Source of the DNA: Scyliorhinus canicula
Lineage: Eukaryota
Length of the DNA stretch: 57,346 bases
Direction of reading: 5' to 3'
Assembly: GCF_902713615.1 (NCBI RefSeq)
Contig: NW_024055478.1
Location: 926,363-983,708 of the forward strand
Shown in pieces: positions 37,170-49,204 of the stretch. The notes beneath the pieces are model-generated. The model was given only the letters and a program-made list of their open reading frames with translations. It made no database searches and had not been told where the DNA came from. Position 1 is the stretch's first letter. Every line of letters begins with the position of its first letter. Position numbers and translations under genes: made by a program.

Positions 37170-40100
37170 GAGAGCCTTGGAAAATGTAGAGAGATGGGGA
37201 AATGTGCGGGAAGCCTCGGAAAAGGCAGAGAGCTGTGGAAAACTGCGGGGAGCCTGAGAAAATATAGAGAGTTGGGGAAAGGACAGAGAGCCTGGGAAAA
37301 GACAGAGAGCTGGGGAAAAGCACAGGGAGCCTGGGAAAATGTAGAGAGCTGGGGAAAGGACAGGGAGCCTGGGAAAAGGCAGAGAGCTGGGGAAAAGCAC
37401 AGGGAGCCTGGGAAAAGGCAGAGAGCCGGGGGAAAGCATAGGGAAGCTGGGAAAAGGTAGAGAGTTGGGGAAAAGCACAGGGAGACTGGGAAAAGGCAGC
37501 GATCTGGAGAAAGTACAGGGAGCCTGGGAAAAGGTAGAGGTTTGGGGGAAAGCACATAAGCCTGGGAAAAGGTAGAAAGCTGGGAAAACGTGCGGGGAGC
37601 CTGGGAAAGGGTAGAAAGCTGGTGAAAAGTGCGGGGAGCCTGGGAAAAGGTAGAGAGCTGGGGAAAAGCACAGGGAGCCTGGGAAAAGGTAGAGAGCTGG
37701 GGAAAAGCACAGGGAGCCTAGGAAACGGCAGAGAGCTGGGAAAAAGCACAGGGAGCCTGGGAAAAGGCAGAGAGCTGGGGAAAAGCACAGGGAGCCTGGG
37801 AAAAGGTAGAGAGATGGGGGAAAGCACCGGGAGCCTGGGAAAAGGTAGAGAGATGGGGAAAATCACAGGGAGCCTGGGAAAAGGCAGAGAGCTGGGGAAA
37901 AGCACAGGGAGCCTGGGAACAGGCAGAGAGCTGGGGAAGAGCACAGGAGCCTGGGAAAATGTATAGAGCTGTGGGAAAGCGCAGGGAGCCTGTGAAAAGG
38001 TAGAAAGCTGGGGAAAAGTGCGGGGAGTCTGGGAAAAGGCAGAGAGTTGGGGGAAACGCAGGGAGTCTGGGAAAGGGCAGAGAGCGGGGGAAAGCACAGG
38101 GCGCCTGGGAAAAGGTAGAGAGCTGGGGGAAAGCGCAGGGAATCTGGGAACAGGTAGAGAGCTGGGGAAAAGCACAGGGAGCCTGGGAAAAGGTAGAGAG
38201 CTGGGGGAAAGCGCAGGGAGCCTGGGAAAAGGCAGAGAGCTGGGGAAAAGTGCAGGGAGCCTGGGAAAAGGTAGACAGAGGGGGGAAAGTGCAGGCAGCC
38301 TGGGGAAAGGTAGAGAGCTGGGGAATAGGACAGGGAGCCTGGGAAAAGGTAGAGAGCTGGGGGAAAGTGCAGGGAGCCTGGGAAAAGGTAGAGAGACAGG
38401 GAAAAGTGCACGGAGCCTGGGAAAAGGTAGAGAGATGGGGAAAAGCGCAGGGAACCTGGGGAAAGGTAGAGAGCTGGGGAATAGGACAGGGAGCCTGGGA
38501 AACGTTTGAGTGCTGGGGGAAGCAAAAGGAGTCTGGAAAATGCAGGAAGCGGGGGAAAAGCACAGGGAGCCTTAGAAAAGGCTGAGAGCTGGGGAAAAGC
38601 GCAGGGAGACTGGGAAAAGGCTGAGAGCTGGGGAAAAGTGCAGGGAGCCTGGGAAAAAGTAGAGAGATGGGGGAAAGCACCGGGAGCCTGGGAAAAGGTA
38701 GAGAGATGGGGAAAATCAAAGGGAGCCTGGGAAAAGGTAGAGAGATGGGTAAAAGCACAGTGAGCCTAGGAAAAGGTAGAGAGATGGGGGGACAGCGCAG
38801 GGAGCATGGGAAAAGATGGAGCTGGGGAAAAGCACAGGGAGACTGGGAAAAGGCAGAGAGCTGGGGAAAAGCACAGGGAGCCTAGGAAACGGCAGAGAGC
38901 TGGGAAAAAGCACAGGGAGCCTGGGAAATGGCAGAGAGCTGGGGAAAAGCACAGGGAGCCTGGGAAAAGGTAGAGAGATGGGGGAAAGCACCGGGAGCCT
39001 GGGAAAAGGTAGAGAGATGGGGAAAATCACAGGGAGCCTGGGAAAATTCAGAGAGCTGGGGAAAAGCACAGGGAGCCTGGGAAAAGGTAGAGAGCTGAGG
39101 AAAAGCACAGGGAGCCTCGGATACGGCAGCGAGCTGGGGTGGGGGGGGGGGGGGACACGTGGAGCCTGGGAAATTGTATAAACCTAGGTTAAAGTGCAGG
39201 GAGCCTGGGAAAAGAAGGAGCTGGGGAAAAGCGCAGGGAGACTGGGAAAATGCAGAGAGCTGGGGAAAAGCACAGGGAGCCTGGGAAAAGGTAGAGAGGT
39301 GGGGAAAATCACAGGGAGCCTGGGAAAAGGCAGAGAGCTGGGGAAAAGCACAGGGAGCCTGGGAAAAGGTAGAGAGCTGGGGAAAGCGCAGGGAGCCTGG
39401 GAAAAGGTAGAGAGATGGGGAAAATCACAGGGAGCCTGGGAAAAGGCAGAGAGCTGGGGAAAAGCACAGGGAGCCTGGGAAAAGGTAGAGAGCTGGGGAA
39501 AGCGCAGGGAGCCTGGGAAAAGGTAGAGAGATGGGGAAAATCACAGGGAGCCTGGGAAAAGGCAGAGAGCTGGGGAAAAGCACAGGGAGCCTAGGAAAAG
39601 GTAGAGAGCTGGGGAAAAGCACAGGGAGCCTCGGATACGGCAGCGAGCTGGGGTGGGGGGGGGGGACACGTGGAGCCTGGGAACTTGTATAAATCTAGGT
39701 TAAAGTACAGGGAGCCTGGGAAAAGGCAGAGAGCTGGGGAAAAGCACAGGGAGCCTGAGAAAAGGCAGAAAGCTGGGGAAAAGCACAGGGTGCCTCGGAA
39801 TGGGTAGCGAGCTGGCGGGGGTGTGGGGGTGGGGGGGGGGGGGGTGCGGGAACACACGGAGCCTGGGAAATTGTATAAAGCTGGGTAAAGTATAGGGAGC
39901 CTGGGAAAGACGAGAGCTGAGTAGTGAGCAGGTGCGATGGGCAGAGAGCTGAGCGCAGACAGGGGAGAGAATCTGCAGGAACACGGGGAAAAGTGGTAAT
40001 TGCTGGGCCAAAGCCAATAATCAGGGGGCAAAGTGCCATGTTCTGGGGAAAAGCACAAAGAGCAAGTGGAAAGTTCCAGAAGCTGAGGCAAAGAGCAAAC

Positions 40101-40195
40101 AACCTGGAAAGGTGCAGCTGGGCAAATTACCGAAGTGGAGGAAAGATCAGAGAGCTGGGAAAAGCGCAGAGAGCTGGGAAAAGGACAGGAAGCTG
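37170..40195 (+). repeat. 39-bp G/A-rich tandem array (GGGAGCCTGGGAAAAGGTAGAGAGCTGGGGAAAAGCACA), roughly 70 units
   Basis: Period 39 (37634, 37673, 37712); the ORF track shows 13-aa repeats; higher-order duplication at ~39110/39625/39790. Confidence 0.97.
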
Positions 40196-40583
40196 GTTAT
40201 CACGGATACATGGAATGCGGAGTCCATCCCACAAACTGCTCCGCCATAATCATATTGAATGGTTCAGGAGACCTGAGGGACCGAATGGCCGCATCCCGCT
40301 TTTAATGTCCAGGGTCCTGTAATTGGAGAATTTTGGAGTTACTTGCACATGTGCTCAAACATAGAATTTTATAGTCATTCTGTAAATACCTGGAAGATTT
40401 TTCTGAAGCAAAGTAACGACTCCTTGTTTTGGGGAGTGGGGGTAGTGAGGTGGAGAGATGGGGGACATCAGTCAGTTTGAACACAGGCAATTTCCAAAAC
40501 AGCAATGACAGAAATGGAGAGACAACTTCTTTATCACAAAGTGCTGTTGGTGGAAAAAACATTGGTGTCATAAATAATGGTGA

Positions 40584-40893
40584 TGTGGAGATGCCGGCGT
40601 TGGACTGGGGTGAGCACAGTAAGAAGTCTTACAACACCAGGTTAAAGTCCAACAGGTTTGTTTCAAACACGAGCTTTCGGAGCACGGCTCCTTCTTCAGG
40701 TGAATGGAAAGGCTTGTTCCAGAAATGTTTATATAGACACAGTCAGAGATGCCCCGGGGCATCTCTGACTGTGTCTATATAAACATTTCTGGAACAAGCC
40801 TTTCCATTCACCTGAAGAAGGAGCCGTGCTCCGAAAGCTCGTGTTTGAAACAAACCTGTTGGACTTTAACCTGGTGTTGTAAGACCTCTTACT
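40584..40893. mobile_element. Young Penelope-derived palindromic insertion with 14-bp TSD
   Basis: Spacer-less palindrome 40618-40893 (138-bp arms, centre CCCC|GGGG, one mismatch at 40625/40886); TSD ATAAATAATGGTGA at 40570-40583 and 40894-40907. Confidence 0.95.
40809..40843 (+). ncRNA. Minimal hammerhead ribozyme motif (mirror copy on the minus strand at 40668-40702)
   Basis: CAC-CTGAAGA-A-GGAGC CGT GCTCC-GAA-AGCT-C-GTG. Confidence 0.7.
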
Positions 40894-41195
40894 ATAAATA
40901 ATGGTGAAACCCTCCGCTCTGCTCATTTAAAAGAATGAATGGTACGTTTTCAGATGACACCATAATGCTAATTTCTGCAAGGTGTGAGAAATGGAGAAAG
41001 AGATGTGAGTTTCTAAAGAGGGAATAAACAAATGGTGATTCTCAAAAGTTAGAAGTAACAGAAGCTCAAGTATGGATGCAGTTTTAATGCGAGCGGTTTA
41101 TGATAAATTTGTAACTTTATCCAAATTCTAAGTTGTATGATATCTTAATGATAAATCCCAGAGTCTAACTTGTTCAATTGGCCATTCTCTCCCAG

Positions 41196-41492
41196 CGACA
41201 CCGACCCCACCCACTCTCTACAGCCTGGTCTCCTGTCAGCAACACAACACCGACGGCTCCGTCACCTACGGCTGTTTGGCGATGGACTACTCCCCAGAAA
41301 TCACCAGCCTTACCTGGAAGAAAGATGGGCAGCTGATCAGCACTGGAGTTAAGGAATACCCGTCAGCGAGAAACAAGAAGGGAACCTACACCCTGAGCAG
41401 CCAGTTAACCATCACCGAGTCAGAGGGGGAATGCAGCAAAATCAGCTGTGAGGTTCGACACAGCGGCTCAGACAAGAGCATTGGAATGCCAT
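41196..41492 (+). CDS. IGHM: IgM CH1 exon
   Basis: Acceptor CCCAG, donor GTAAGT, 297 nt; [16 protein letters not shown]...GCLAMDYSP...WKK...SCEVRHSG. Confidence 0.97.
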
Positions 41493-41693
41493 GTAAGTGT
41501 TATGGAAACTGTGCGAAGCAGAACCGCTGTGATTACTTTATTTACACCTTTGGCTATAACATATTTATGATAAAGTGTGCCGTTCTGATTCCTGAGGAAA
41601 ATATTGGCCGCAGAGAAACAGTTAAAATATAATAAATCATTTTATTTGTCACACCATCTTCTGCAAGAAATGTCTAAATTGTGTTTCTTGAAG

Positions 41694-42002
41694 GCCCGCC
41701 TGGTGTCCCTCCACATGTTATCCTCACCGTGAGTTCCAGTGAAGAAATCACAAGACAGAAATTTGCAACCATCGTCTGTTCAATTAACGATTTCCAGACA
41801 AATTCAATCACGGTAAAGTGGCTGAAGAATGGACAACCCATGACTTCAGGAATTGTCACCTCTCCCGCCTGTGAAGTGAACGGAAACTTCTCGGCGAGCA
41901 GTCGGCTGACAGTCTCCGCTGGGGAATGGTTCAGCAAAGCGGTCTATACCTGCCAGGTCACTCATCAAGAGGTCACCCAAAGTCACAACATCACCGCGTC
42001 TG
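41694..42002 (+). CDS. IGHM: IgM CH2 exon
   Basis: Acceptor GAAG, donor GTAAGA, 309 nt; [10 protein letters not shown]...WLKNG...YTCQVTH. Confidence 0.96.
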
Positions 42003-42633
42003 GTAAGAGACACAAACAGAGGAAACAATAAATCATCCTGCATTCTGATGTTAATCCAAATCAGGAATTTATTAAAATCAGTACAAAGCACAGAATAACT
42101 TCTAATTTACTGCCATGTAGTTTGTGTTTCATTCTGATGTAAGAGCTGCATTTGGATTGCTCACCATTCAGGATTTGATCAGCAGAGAAATAAATGTTTC
42201 CCTCTAATTTGAAGTCATTTAGTGAGTGAGGTGGATATGATATCAGCCTTATCCTGAGACAGCTGATTATATTTGAGAGGCAGTAGGTGTCTGAACCCCT
42301 TTATTGATAACAGCTCCAAGGAAAATTGTTGGAAAGTTCATTCAACCTATTTATAAATCAGCCTTCCGTATTAGGTTTCCGAGATCAGGATTGGAATATT
42401 TGTATTGGGAATGCTGCAATACTCGTTCATTAGAATGCCATTGGTGCTGACTGTATTTCACAATGAGAATCGTTTAAGATGACCAAACTGGTTTTCCATT
42501 GTGTACAGAAGATTAATGGCGATCATTAGAAGTTTCGAAGTTGATTTATTCCCATTGAGTGAGTGAAGGCTGAATCCTTCTGTCCTGATTCTGAAGATGA
42601 AACTTGTGTTGATTTTCATGTTTTGATTCACAG

Positions 42634-42942
42634 ATCCTTCTGATTGTATTACCGCCTCAGTAACAATACTGCCACCACCAATAGAACAGGTCTTACTGGA
42701 GGCGACTGTCACCTTAACCTGCGTCATTTCGAATGGTCCTTATGGAGTCAACGTGTCCTGGAGTGAAGCGAAGAAGCCGCTGAAATCAGAGATTGCCAAC
42801 CAGCCTGGGGCAGATACTGAGAGCGTGGTCAGCAAATTAAACATCTCGACACAAGCCTGGCTGAGTGGGGCTGTGTTTGACTGTGTGGCGAGCCATCAGG
42901 ACCTGCCAACTCCTTTAAGAATTTCAATCCACAAAAAAATAG
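42634..42942 (+). CDS. IGHM: IgM CH3 exon
   Basis: Acceptor CACAG, donor GTGAGC, 309 nt; VTLTCVIS...VSW...[13 protein letters not shown]. Confidence 0.96.
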
Positions 42943-43139
42943 GTGAGCGGTGAAACTGAAGCAATAAGTGAGTCATTGTGTTTATTTCTGGTGTCAGTGC
43001 AGCGGTCAGTATTTAGCATTCAGTGTATTTATGGTCCATTCTGATTGGTAATTCCACGACTAAAAATTTTGGGCCTGTTGATCTTAAGGGGGAAATTGCT
43101 ACGTAGATGAAGGAACAATGAATTAAAAGCAGTGATATG

Positions 43140-44690
43140 GGGTTTAGACGGAGCTAGATCAATGGCCACAAGACGTAGGAGCAGACGTAGTCCATTCAGC
43201 CCAACAACACTGATCCAGCCTTCAATGAGATCATAACTGATCTGATGTGATGATCTTCAACTCCTCTTTCCCGCCTTCTCCCGCTGTTACCAGACACCTA
43301 AACGACCCTCTTACGGACTGACCTCATTAACACTACACCTCTGTATGCTTCACCCGATGCCGGTGTTAAGTAGTTACATTGTGTACCTTATGTTGCCCTG
43401 TTATGTATTTTATTTTATTTCCCTTTCTTTTCATGTACTGAATGATCTGTTGAGCTGCTTGCAGAAAAATACTTTTCACTGTACCTCGGTACACGTGACA
43501 ATAAACAAAATCCAATCCCATATCTCTCATTGGTTTAAAATATGTCTCTCTCAACCTTGAACATACTGAACAACCCAGAATCTACAGCCCCCGGGTTAAA
43601 TAATTCTACACTCCCTGATGCTCTGAGAGAGGAAATTCCTTCTCATCTCTGTCTGAAATGGGCGAACATTGACTATGTGATCCTGCACTCTGGTCCGAGA
43701 TGCTCCCACAAGGGAAAACAATCTCACAGCGACTAGACTCCGAAGCTCCCTGAGAATCTTTCATGTCTCGATTAGGCCACCTTCATTCTTCTAAACTCCA
43801 ATCAGTCCAGGCCCAGCCTACTTAACCTCTCCCTGTAAGAAAATCCCTCCATCCCTCGTGATCCTTCTCTAGACTGCCTTCAAAACCAATCTGTCTTCCT
43901 TAGGTAAGGGCACGAAAACTATTCAAAGTATATCAGGTGTAGTCTAACTAGTCTAACTAGTCTAACTTTGTATAGTTTGAGCCAGACGTCCCCATGTTTA
44001 TATTCTATTCCCTTTGAAATAAATGTCAACATTCAATTTGTCTCCATATTACCTGCAGAACTTGCTTTGTGTGGTTTCTGCACGAGGGCCCCCAATTCCC
44101 CCGTTACTTCAGCTTTCTTCAGTCTTTCTACATCTAAATAATATTCCGTTATGTTCCTCCTCCTACCAAAGTGTCTAAACTCACATTTTCCTACATTATG
44201 TTCCATCTGCCAAGTTTTTACTCAGTAACTTAAGCCACCTCTGTCCCTCTCTAGATTTTCTGTAACCTCACCACTTGCCTTTATATTTTTGTCATCTCCA
44301 GCCGTGGGAATAGTACATTCATTTATTAAACACAGTTTTGAAATTCATGTATATTACATCTACTGATTCCCCCTTCTCCAGCCTTCTCCTTATCACCTCG
44401 AACAAGGGCAATAAAGTTTTCAGGCATGATTTCCCCTTCACGAAGCCGTGCTGACTCTGTTTGATTATATTATGTATTTCGAAATGCTCAGCTATTGGAT
44501 CTGTTATAATGGACTCGAACCGTTTTCCACTGACAGATGTTAAGGTCCCTGGCCTATAGTTACCTGTTTTTGACGCCCTCCCTTTAGAATAAAGGTGTCA
44601 CATTGGCAGTTTTCTAATCCTCTTGGGGTAAGGTGGGAGGAGCCTGGTTTGGAGTTTAGAAATCAGCACAGAATAGTTGGGCCGAATGGC
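43140..44690 (-). mobile_element. CR1-like LINE remnants in the CH3-CH4 intron, with a nested plus-strand LINE-like 3' end (~43285-43525)
   Basis: Antisense CR1 3' blocks; the nested piece ends TGTACCTCGGTACACGTGACAATAAACAAAATCCAATCC. Confidence 0.55.
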
Positions 44691-44921
44691 CTGTTCCCCT
44701 GCTGTACACTTTCTGAAACTTTCGAATCCAATATCCGTAAATTCTCAGGGAAAAGGATTGTGTCCACCTCTGCTCCGAGCTGGGAAACCGGACAGATCCC
44801 AACGTGGAAAATGGAAACCTTTAAAATCCAACACAAAACACATTTCTCTCACATCTAACCCGCGGTTCCATTGTCTCCGGGACCCCCCATTTTATTGACA
44901 TTTATTGTACATTTTCTGCAG

Positions 44922-45313
44922 ATCCCAATCCGCGGGAACCGTCCGTCTCTGTCCTCCTGCCCTCGGCTGAAGACGTCTCCGCTCAGAGATTCGTCTCCCT
45001 CAGCTGCTTAGTGAGAGGTTTCTCCCCCCGAGAGATCTTCGTCAAGTGGACCGTCAATGACAAGCCGGTGAATCCCGGGAACTACAAGAACACCGAGGTG
45101 ATGGCGGAGAACGGCAATAGCTCCTTCTTCATGTACAGCCTGTTATCCATTGCAGCGGAGGAGTGGGCCAGCGGCGCTTCTTACTCCTGTGTGGTGGGAC
45201 ATGAAGCCATCCCCTTGAAGATCATCAACAGAACGGTTGATAAATCCAGCGGTAAACCCAGTTTTGTGAACATTTCCCTCGCTCTGATGGACACCGTTAA
45301 TTCATGTCAATGA
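44922..45313 (+). CDS. IGHM: IgM CH4 exon (44922-45251) plus secretory tailpiece (45252-45313)
   Basis: Acceptor TGCAG; [19 protein letters not shown]...[11 protein letters not shown]...DKSS|[20 protein letters not shown]. Internal donor G|GTAAAC; tailpiece has an N-glycan site and penultimate Cys. Confidence 0.98.
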
Positions 45314-45340
45314 AAATCTATCGATTATATTTCGAACTAA

Positions 45341-45355
45341 AATAAAAATAATAAA
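45341..45355 (+). terminator. Secretory-form polyadenylation signals
   Basis: AATAAA at 45341 and 45350. Confidence 0.85.
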
Positions 45356-45430
45356 AACGTTTCCTCTAATTGTGATTTAAACATACAGCCGCTTGATTAA
45401 TGGTATTTCCACTTTACTGATGTTAGATCT

Positions 45431-45612
45431 GAAAATGAAATGAAAATCACTTATTGTCACAAGTAGGCTTCAGTCAAGTTATTGTAAAAAGCCCCTCAGC
45501 GCCACATTCCGGCGCCTGTTCGGGGAGGCTGGTACGGGAATTGAACCGTGCTGCTGGCCTGTCTTGGTCTGCTTTAAAATCCAGCGATTTAGCCCTGTGC
45601 TAAACCAGTCCC
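45431..45612 (-). mobile_element. tRNA-derived SINE (family of 7082)
   Basis: Reverse complement of the 7082-7270 element. Confidence 0.85.
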
Positions 45613-45939
45613 TGGTCAATGAGACCCGGATTTCTACAGGTCTCAGCCCCAAGTCTGATACAACCAGAGCTCTCAGCTCGGAAACACCCTGGGTTAGAGA
45701 CAGAGTAAAACTCATTCATTCCAGGATTAAGCAAAATATCTTCATTGACTTTCCTCCAGCTGAGGAGAAATCGGACAATTTCTCATTTTAGACAAACAAA
45801 CCGATCACATTTAGATCTCGGTGTTCCTGCTTCTCTCATTGTCCATCCCTTTAAAATTAATGTCAGCTTTAAAATGCTGCATGAGACCCACTGGGAACTG
45901 ATTTGTGGGTCACACAGAAACATGGACCAACAATCTCCA

Positions 45940-46860
45940 GTCAAAGAGAGGGGAAAGTGAAATTGTTAATCCACTGTATCCCCACCTCCCCAACAGAGAG
46001 AGCGGGAGGGGTATTAGTTATTCCACTGTCTCCCCACCCACCCACCCACCTCCCACACAGAGAGAGGGGGAAGGGCATTATTTAATCCACTGTACCCCCA
46101 CTTCCCCAATAGAGGGAGGGGGAGGGGTATTAGTTAATCCACTGTACCCGCACTTCCCCAATAGAGAGAGGGTCTTTAGTTAATTCACTGTACCCCCAAT
46201 TCGCCAACAAAGAGAGGAGAGGGGGGCATTAGTTAATCCACTGTACCCCACCTCACCAACAGAGAGACTGGGAGGGGCTTTAGTTAATACACTGTACCCC
46301 CACTTCACCAACAAAGAGAGGGGCATTAGTTAATCCATTGTCTCCCCACGTCCCCAACAAAGAGAGGGGCTGGGGCATTACTTAACACACTGTACCCCCA
46401 CTTCCCCAGCAAAGCGAGGGGAGGAGCATTAGTTAACACACTGTGCCCCCACTTCCCCAGCAAAGCGAGGGGAGGAGCATTAGTTAACACATTGTGCCCC
46501 CACTTCCCCAACAAAGAGACGGTGGTGGGCTGAGTTAATCCACTGTACATCCTCTTCCAACAATGAGGGGGGTGTACATTAGTTAATCCACTGTACATCC
46601 GCTTCCAACAATGAGGGGGGTGTACATTAGTTAATCCACTGGACACCCGCTTCCAACAATGAGTGGAAGGACATTATTTAATCCACTGCCTCCCCACTTC
46701 CCCAACAAAGAGAGCAAAGGGGCAATACTAACACATTTTACCTCCACTTTCCCAACCAAAAGAGGAGGAAGGTGATGAGTGAACTCTCTGTATCTCCACC
46801 TCCAACAGGGAGAACCCAAAGGCAATTTGCTGACCTGACCAGAGAGAGGGAGATTATTAA
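45940..46860. repeat. Minisatellite, ~50-57 bp units (ATTAGTTAATCCACTGTACCCCCACTTCCCCAACAAAGAGAGG)
   Basis: Core TTAGTTAATCCACTG recurs more than 12 times. Confidence 0.9.
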
Positions 46861-47269
46861 CTCAATATCTTCCCAGTCCCCAAGCAGGGAGTTTGGAAGT
46901 AAACGGTTGTCTGGACTAAGAACTCAGTTACTGACATTACAAGACGCCATGTAGTTTACAGGCTGAAACATTATAAAGATGTTCTTAAAATATCTATTTA
47001 TGCAACATAATTTTTTTAGCACCCTTGTTCCTCTTATCCGTATGCTGAGACCGATTCCCCATAATCCAAATCCAGACTGGTGATTGAATTCTCGCTGGGT
47101 TTTCACTGGTCTCTCCTGAGGCACCTCCTTGTATTTTTGCATTAGGTCACCTGATGTCAGCTTGCATCTCACGGAAAACACATTTATATGCAGAAAGTTC
47201 AACATATTCTACATCGGTATCGATAATACCCACAACTGGCAAAGCTACAGGCAGCTGATGCAAATACAC

Positions 47270-48580
47270 AGACAGATAAACAGACACAGACACTACACAC
47301 ACATGCACACAGACCCAGAAACACACACACGCTCACAAGTAGACACAAACACACACATGGACACACACATAGAAACACATGCACAAACATACACCCAGGC
47401 ACAACGGACCACACATATTTTGACACAAAAACACACGCAAATGTGCACAAAAATTCACAAGCATGCACATAAACACAAAAAGCACATGTTTAGAAACACA
47501 CAGACTCACGTGCACATCCACACATACAAACACAATTCCACACACACAAGTGGGTACACGCATGTACACAGACATATACAACCACATGTCCACACAGATA
47601 CACAGACATATACAACCAGACAAGCAGGCTGACAGAAGAATATGAAACAGAAATGTAACCAATAACATGTAAATTAGCAGAATTTCACGATGACAGAAAT
47701 ATTTCCATTCAAACAGAGACAATAATCCACACTAACGGACACACGTAGATACATATTAGCTGACTCGTACACACGCTAACACGAACACATATGAATACAC
47801 ATAGAGTCATCAACACACATCAATAGATAGTTATAATCAAACATCAACGCATAAATAGCACCTCTGCCGCACAGCGCCATAATCCCGGGTTCAATTCCAG
47901 CCTTGGGTGATTGTCTGTGTGGAGTTCCCACGTTCTGCCGGGTCTGTTTCTGTTTCCTCCGCGTGCTCTAGTTTCCTCCCACAATCCAAAGATGTGCAGG
48001 TTCGGTGGATTGGCCAGGCTATATTACCCCTTAGTGCCCACAACGTTAGTTGGGATTACGGGGTTCTCGGCAAAGGGCAGGGGCATGCGTCCAGGCAGAG
48101 TGCTCTTTCGGAGGGTCGGTGCAGACACAATGGGCCGAATGGCCTCGTTCGGCACAGTAGGGATTATATTTAATGATGATTCTATGAAGAAATACACGCA
48201 TCAACAAACACACACACACACAAACGCACTTATCCAGACACAAACATTAAGACACTGACATGCATGTTGAACGTACAAAGACACATTAACACTTTCATTA
48301 CTGGACAGGGAAGTATGAACTTATATTGACAGAGGCATTAATATATAAACATAGACTTCAACACACAAACACACACAATAAAACACTCATATGTACACAT
48401 TAACAGAAGATAAACAAAGTTCACACAGGCGCTGACACACAAATACACAGATCAATATTCATTGACACATGAACACACACAATAACACTTATAAAGACAT
48501 CGGGACACACAAATGAAGAGTAAAGAAATACGAATTTCGCATCCACACAGACACAAAAGCTAAAGAACAAACACAAACGT
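47270..48580. repeat. Degenerate (CA)n low-complexity tracts interrupted by a SINE (~47870-48150)
   Basis: CA-rich composition; HE1-like body at 47870-48150. Confidence 0.8.
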
Positions 48581-48587
48581 CAGGCAA

Positions 48588-48775
48588 GGGCGGCACGGTG
48601 GCATAGTGGTTAGCACTGCTGCCTCAGCCACCATGGACCTGGGGTTGATCCCGCTCCTGGGTCTGTGTCCCAGTGGAGTTTCCTCGTGACCCGTGGGTCT
48701 CACCCCGACAACCCAAAGATGTGCAGGGTAGGTGGATTGGCCATGCTAAATTGCCCCTTAATTGGAAGAAAAAAG
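48588..48775 (+). mobile_element. HE1-like SINE
   Basis: GGGCGGCACGGTGGCATAGTGGTTAGCACTGCTGCCTCA head; AAATTGCCCCTTAATTGG tail. Confidence 0.8.
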
Positions 48776-48936
48776 TTACAGAGATCGATTTCCGAGTGTC
48801 ATGAACTCAACAGTAGATATGCAATGACAAATATATTAAAGAATGAATTAGCAGCGGGAGAAAATGAAACGAGAATATTAAAAAATATATCCTGGATTGA
48901 TAAACAAACTAATTATATTTGGCTCGATCCTCGTAG

Positions 48937-49064
48937 ATACCACAGACAACACCTGGACTGAAGACAATGAGGATGATAACGGGAACATCTGGACAACCGC
49001 TTCCACATTCATCACCCTGTTCTTCCTGAGCATTTCCTACAGCGCTGCAGTCACTCTGGTGAAG
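48937..49064 (+). CDS. IGHM: IgM transmembrane exon TM1
   Basis: Acceptor GTAG, donor GTGAGA; DTTDNTWTEDNEDDNGNIWTTASTFITLFFLSISYSAAVTLVK (CART motif). Confidence 0.97.
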
Positions 49065-49204
49065 GTGAGAAGATTCAATCCACTCACACTTCAAACTGAC
49101 AGAAGGTGTTTAAAACATCTCGAAATGTTTGATTGATTAAAAACTCTAACATCAATGTCCCAGATCATAAACATCTGCTTCATCATTTTCTCTCTCCTTT
49201 ACAG

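Noticed and set aside
36959-40322. Many long ORFs (up to 346 aa) on both strands
   Set aside because: They are translations of the 39-bp array (13-aa periodicity, open in several frames); no domain content.
47258-47265. Perfect octamer ATGCAAAT
   Set aside because: Single copy at the edge of CA-rich low-complexity DNA far from the promoter; expected by chance in 57 kb.
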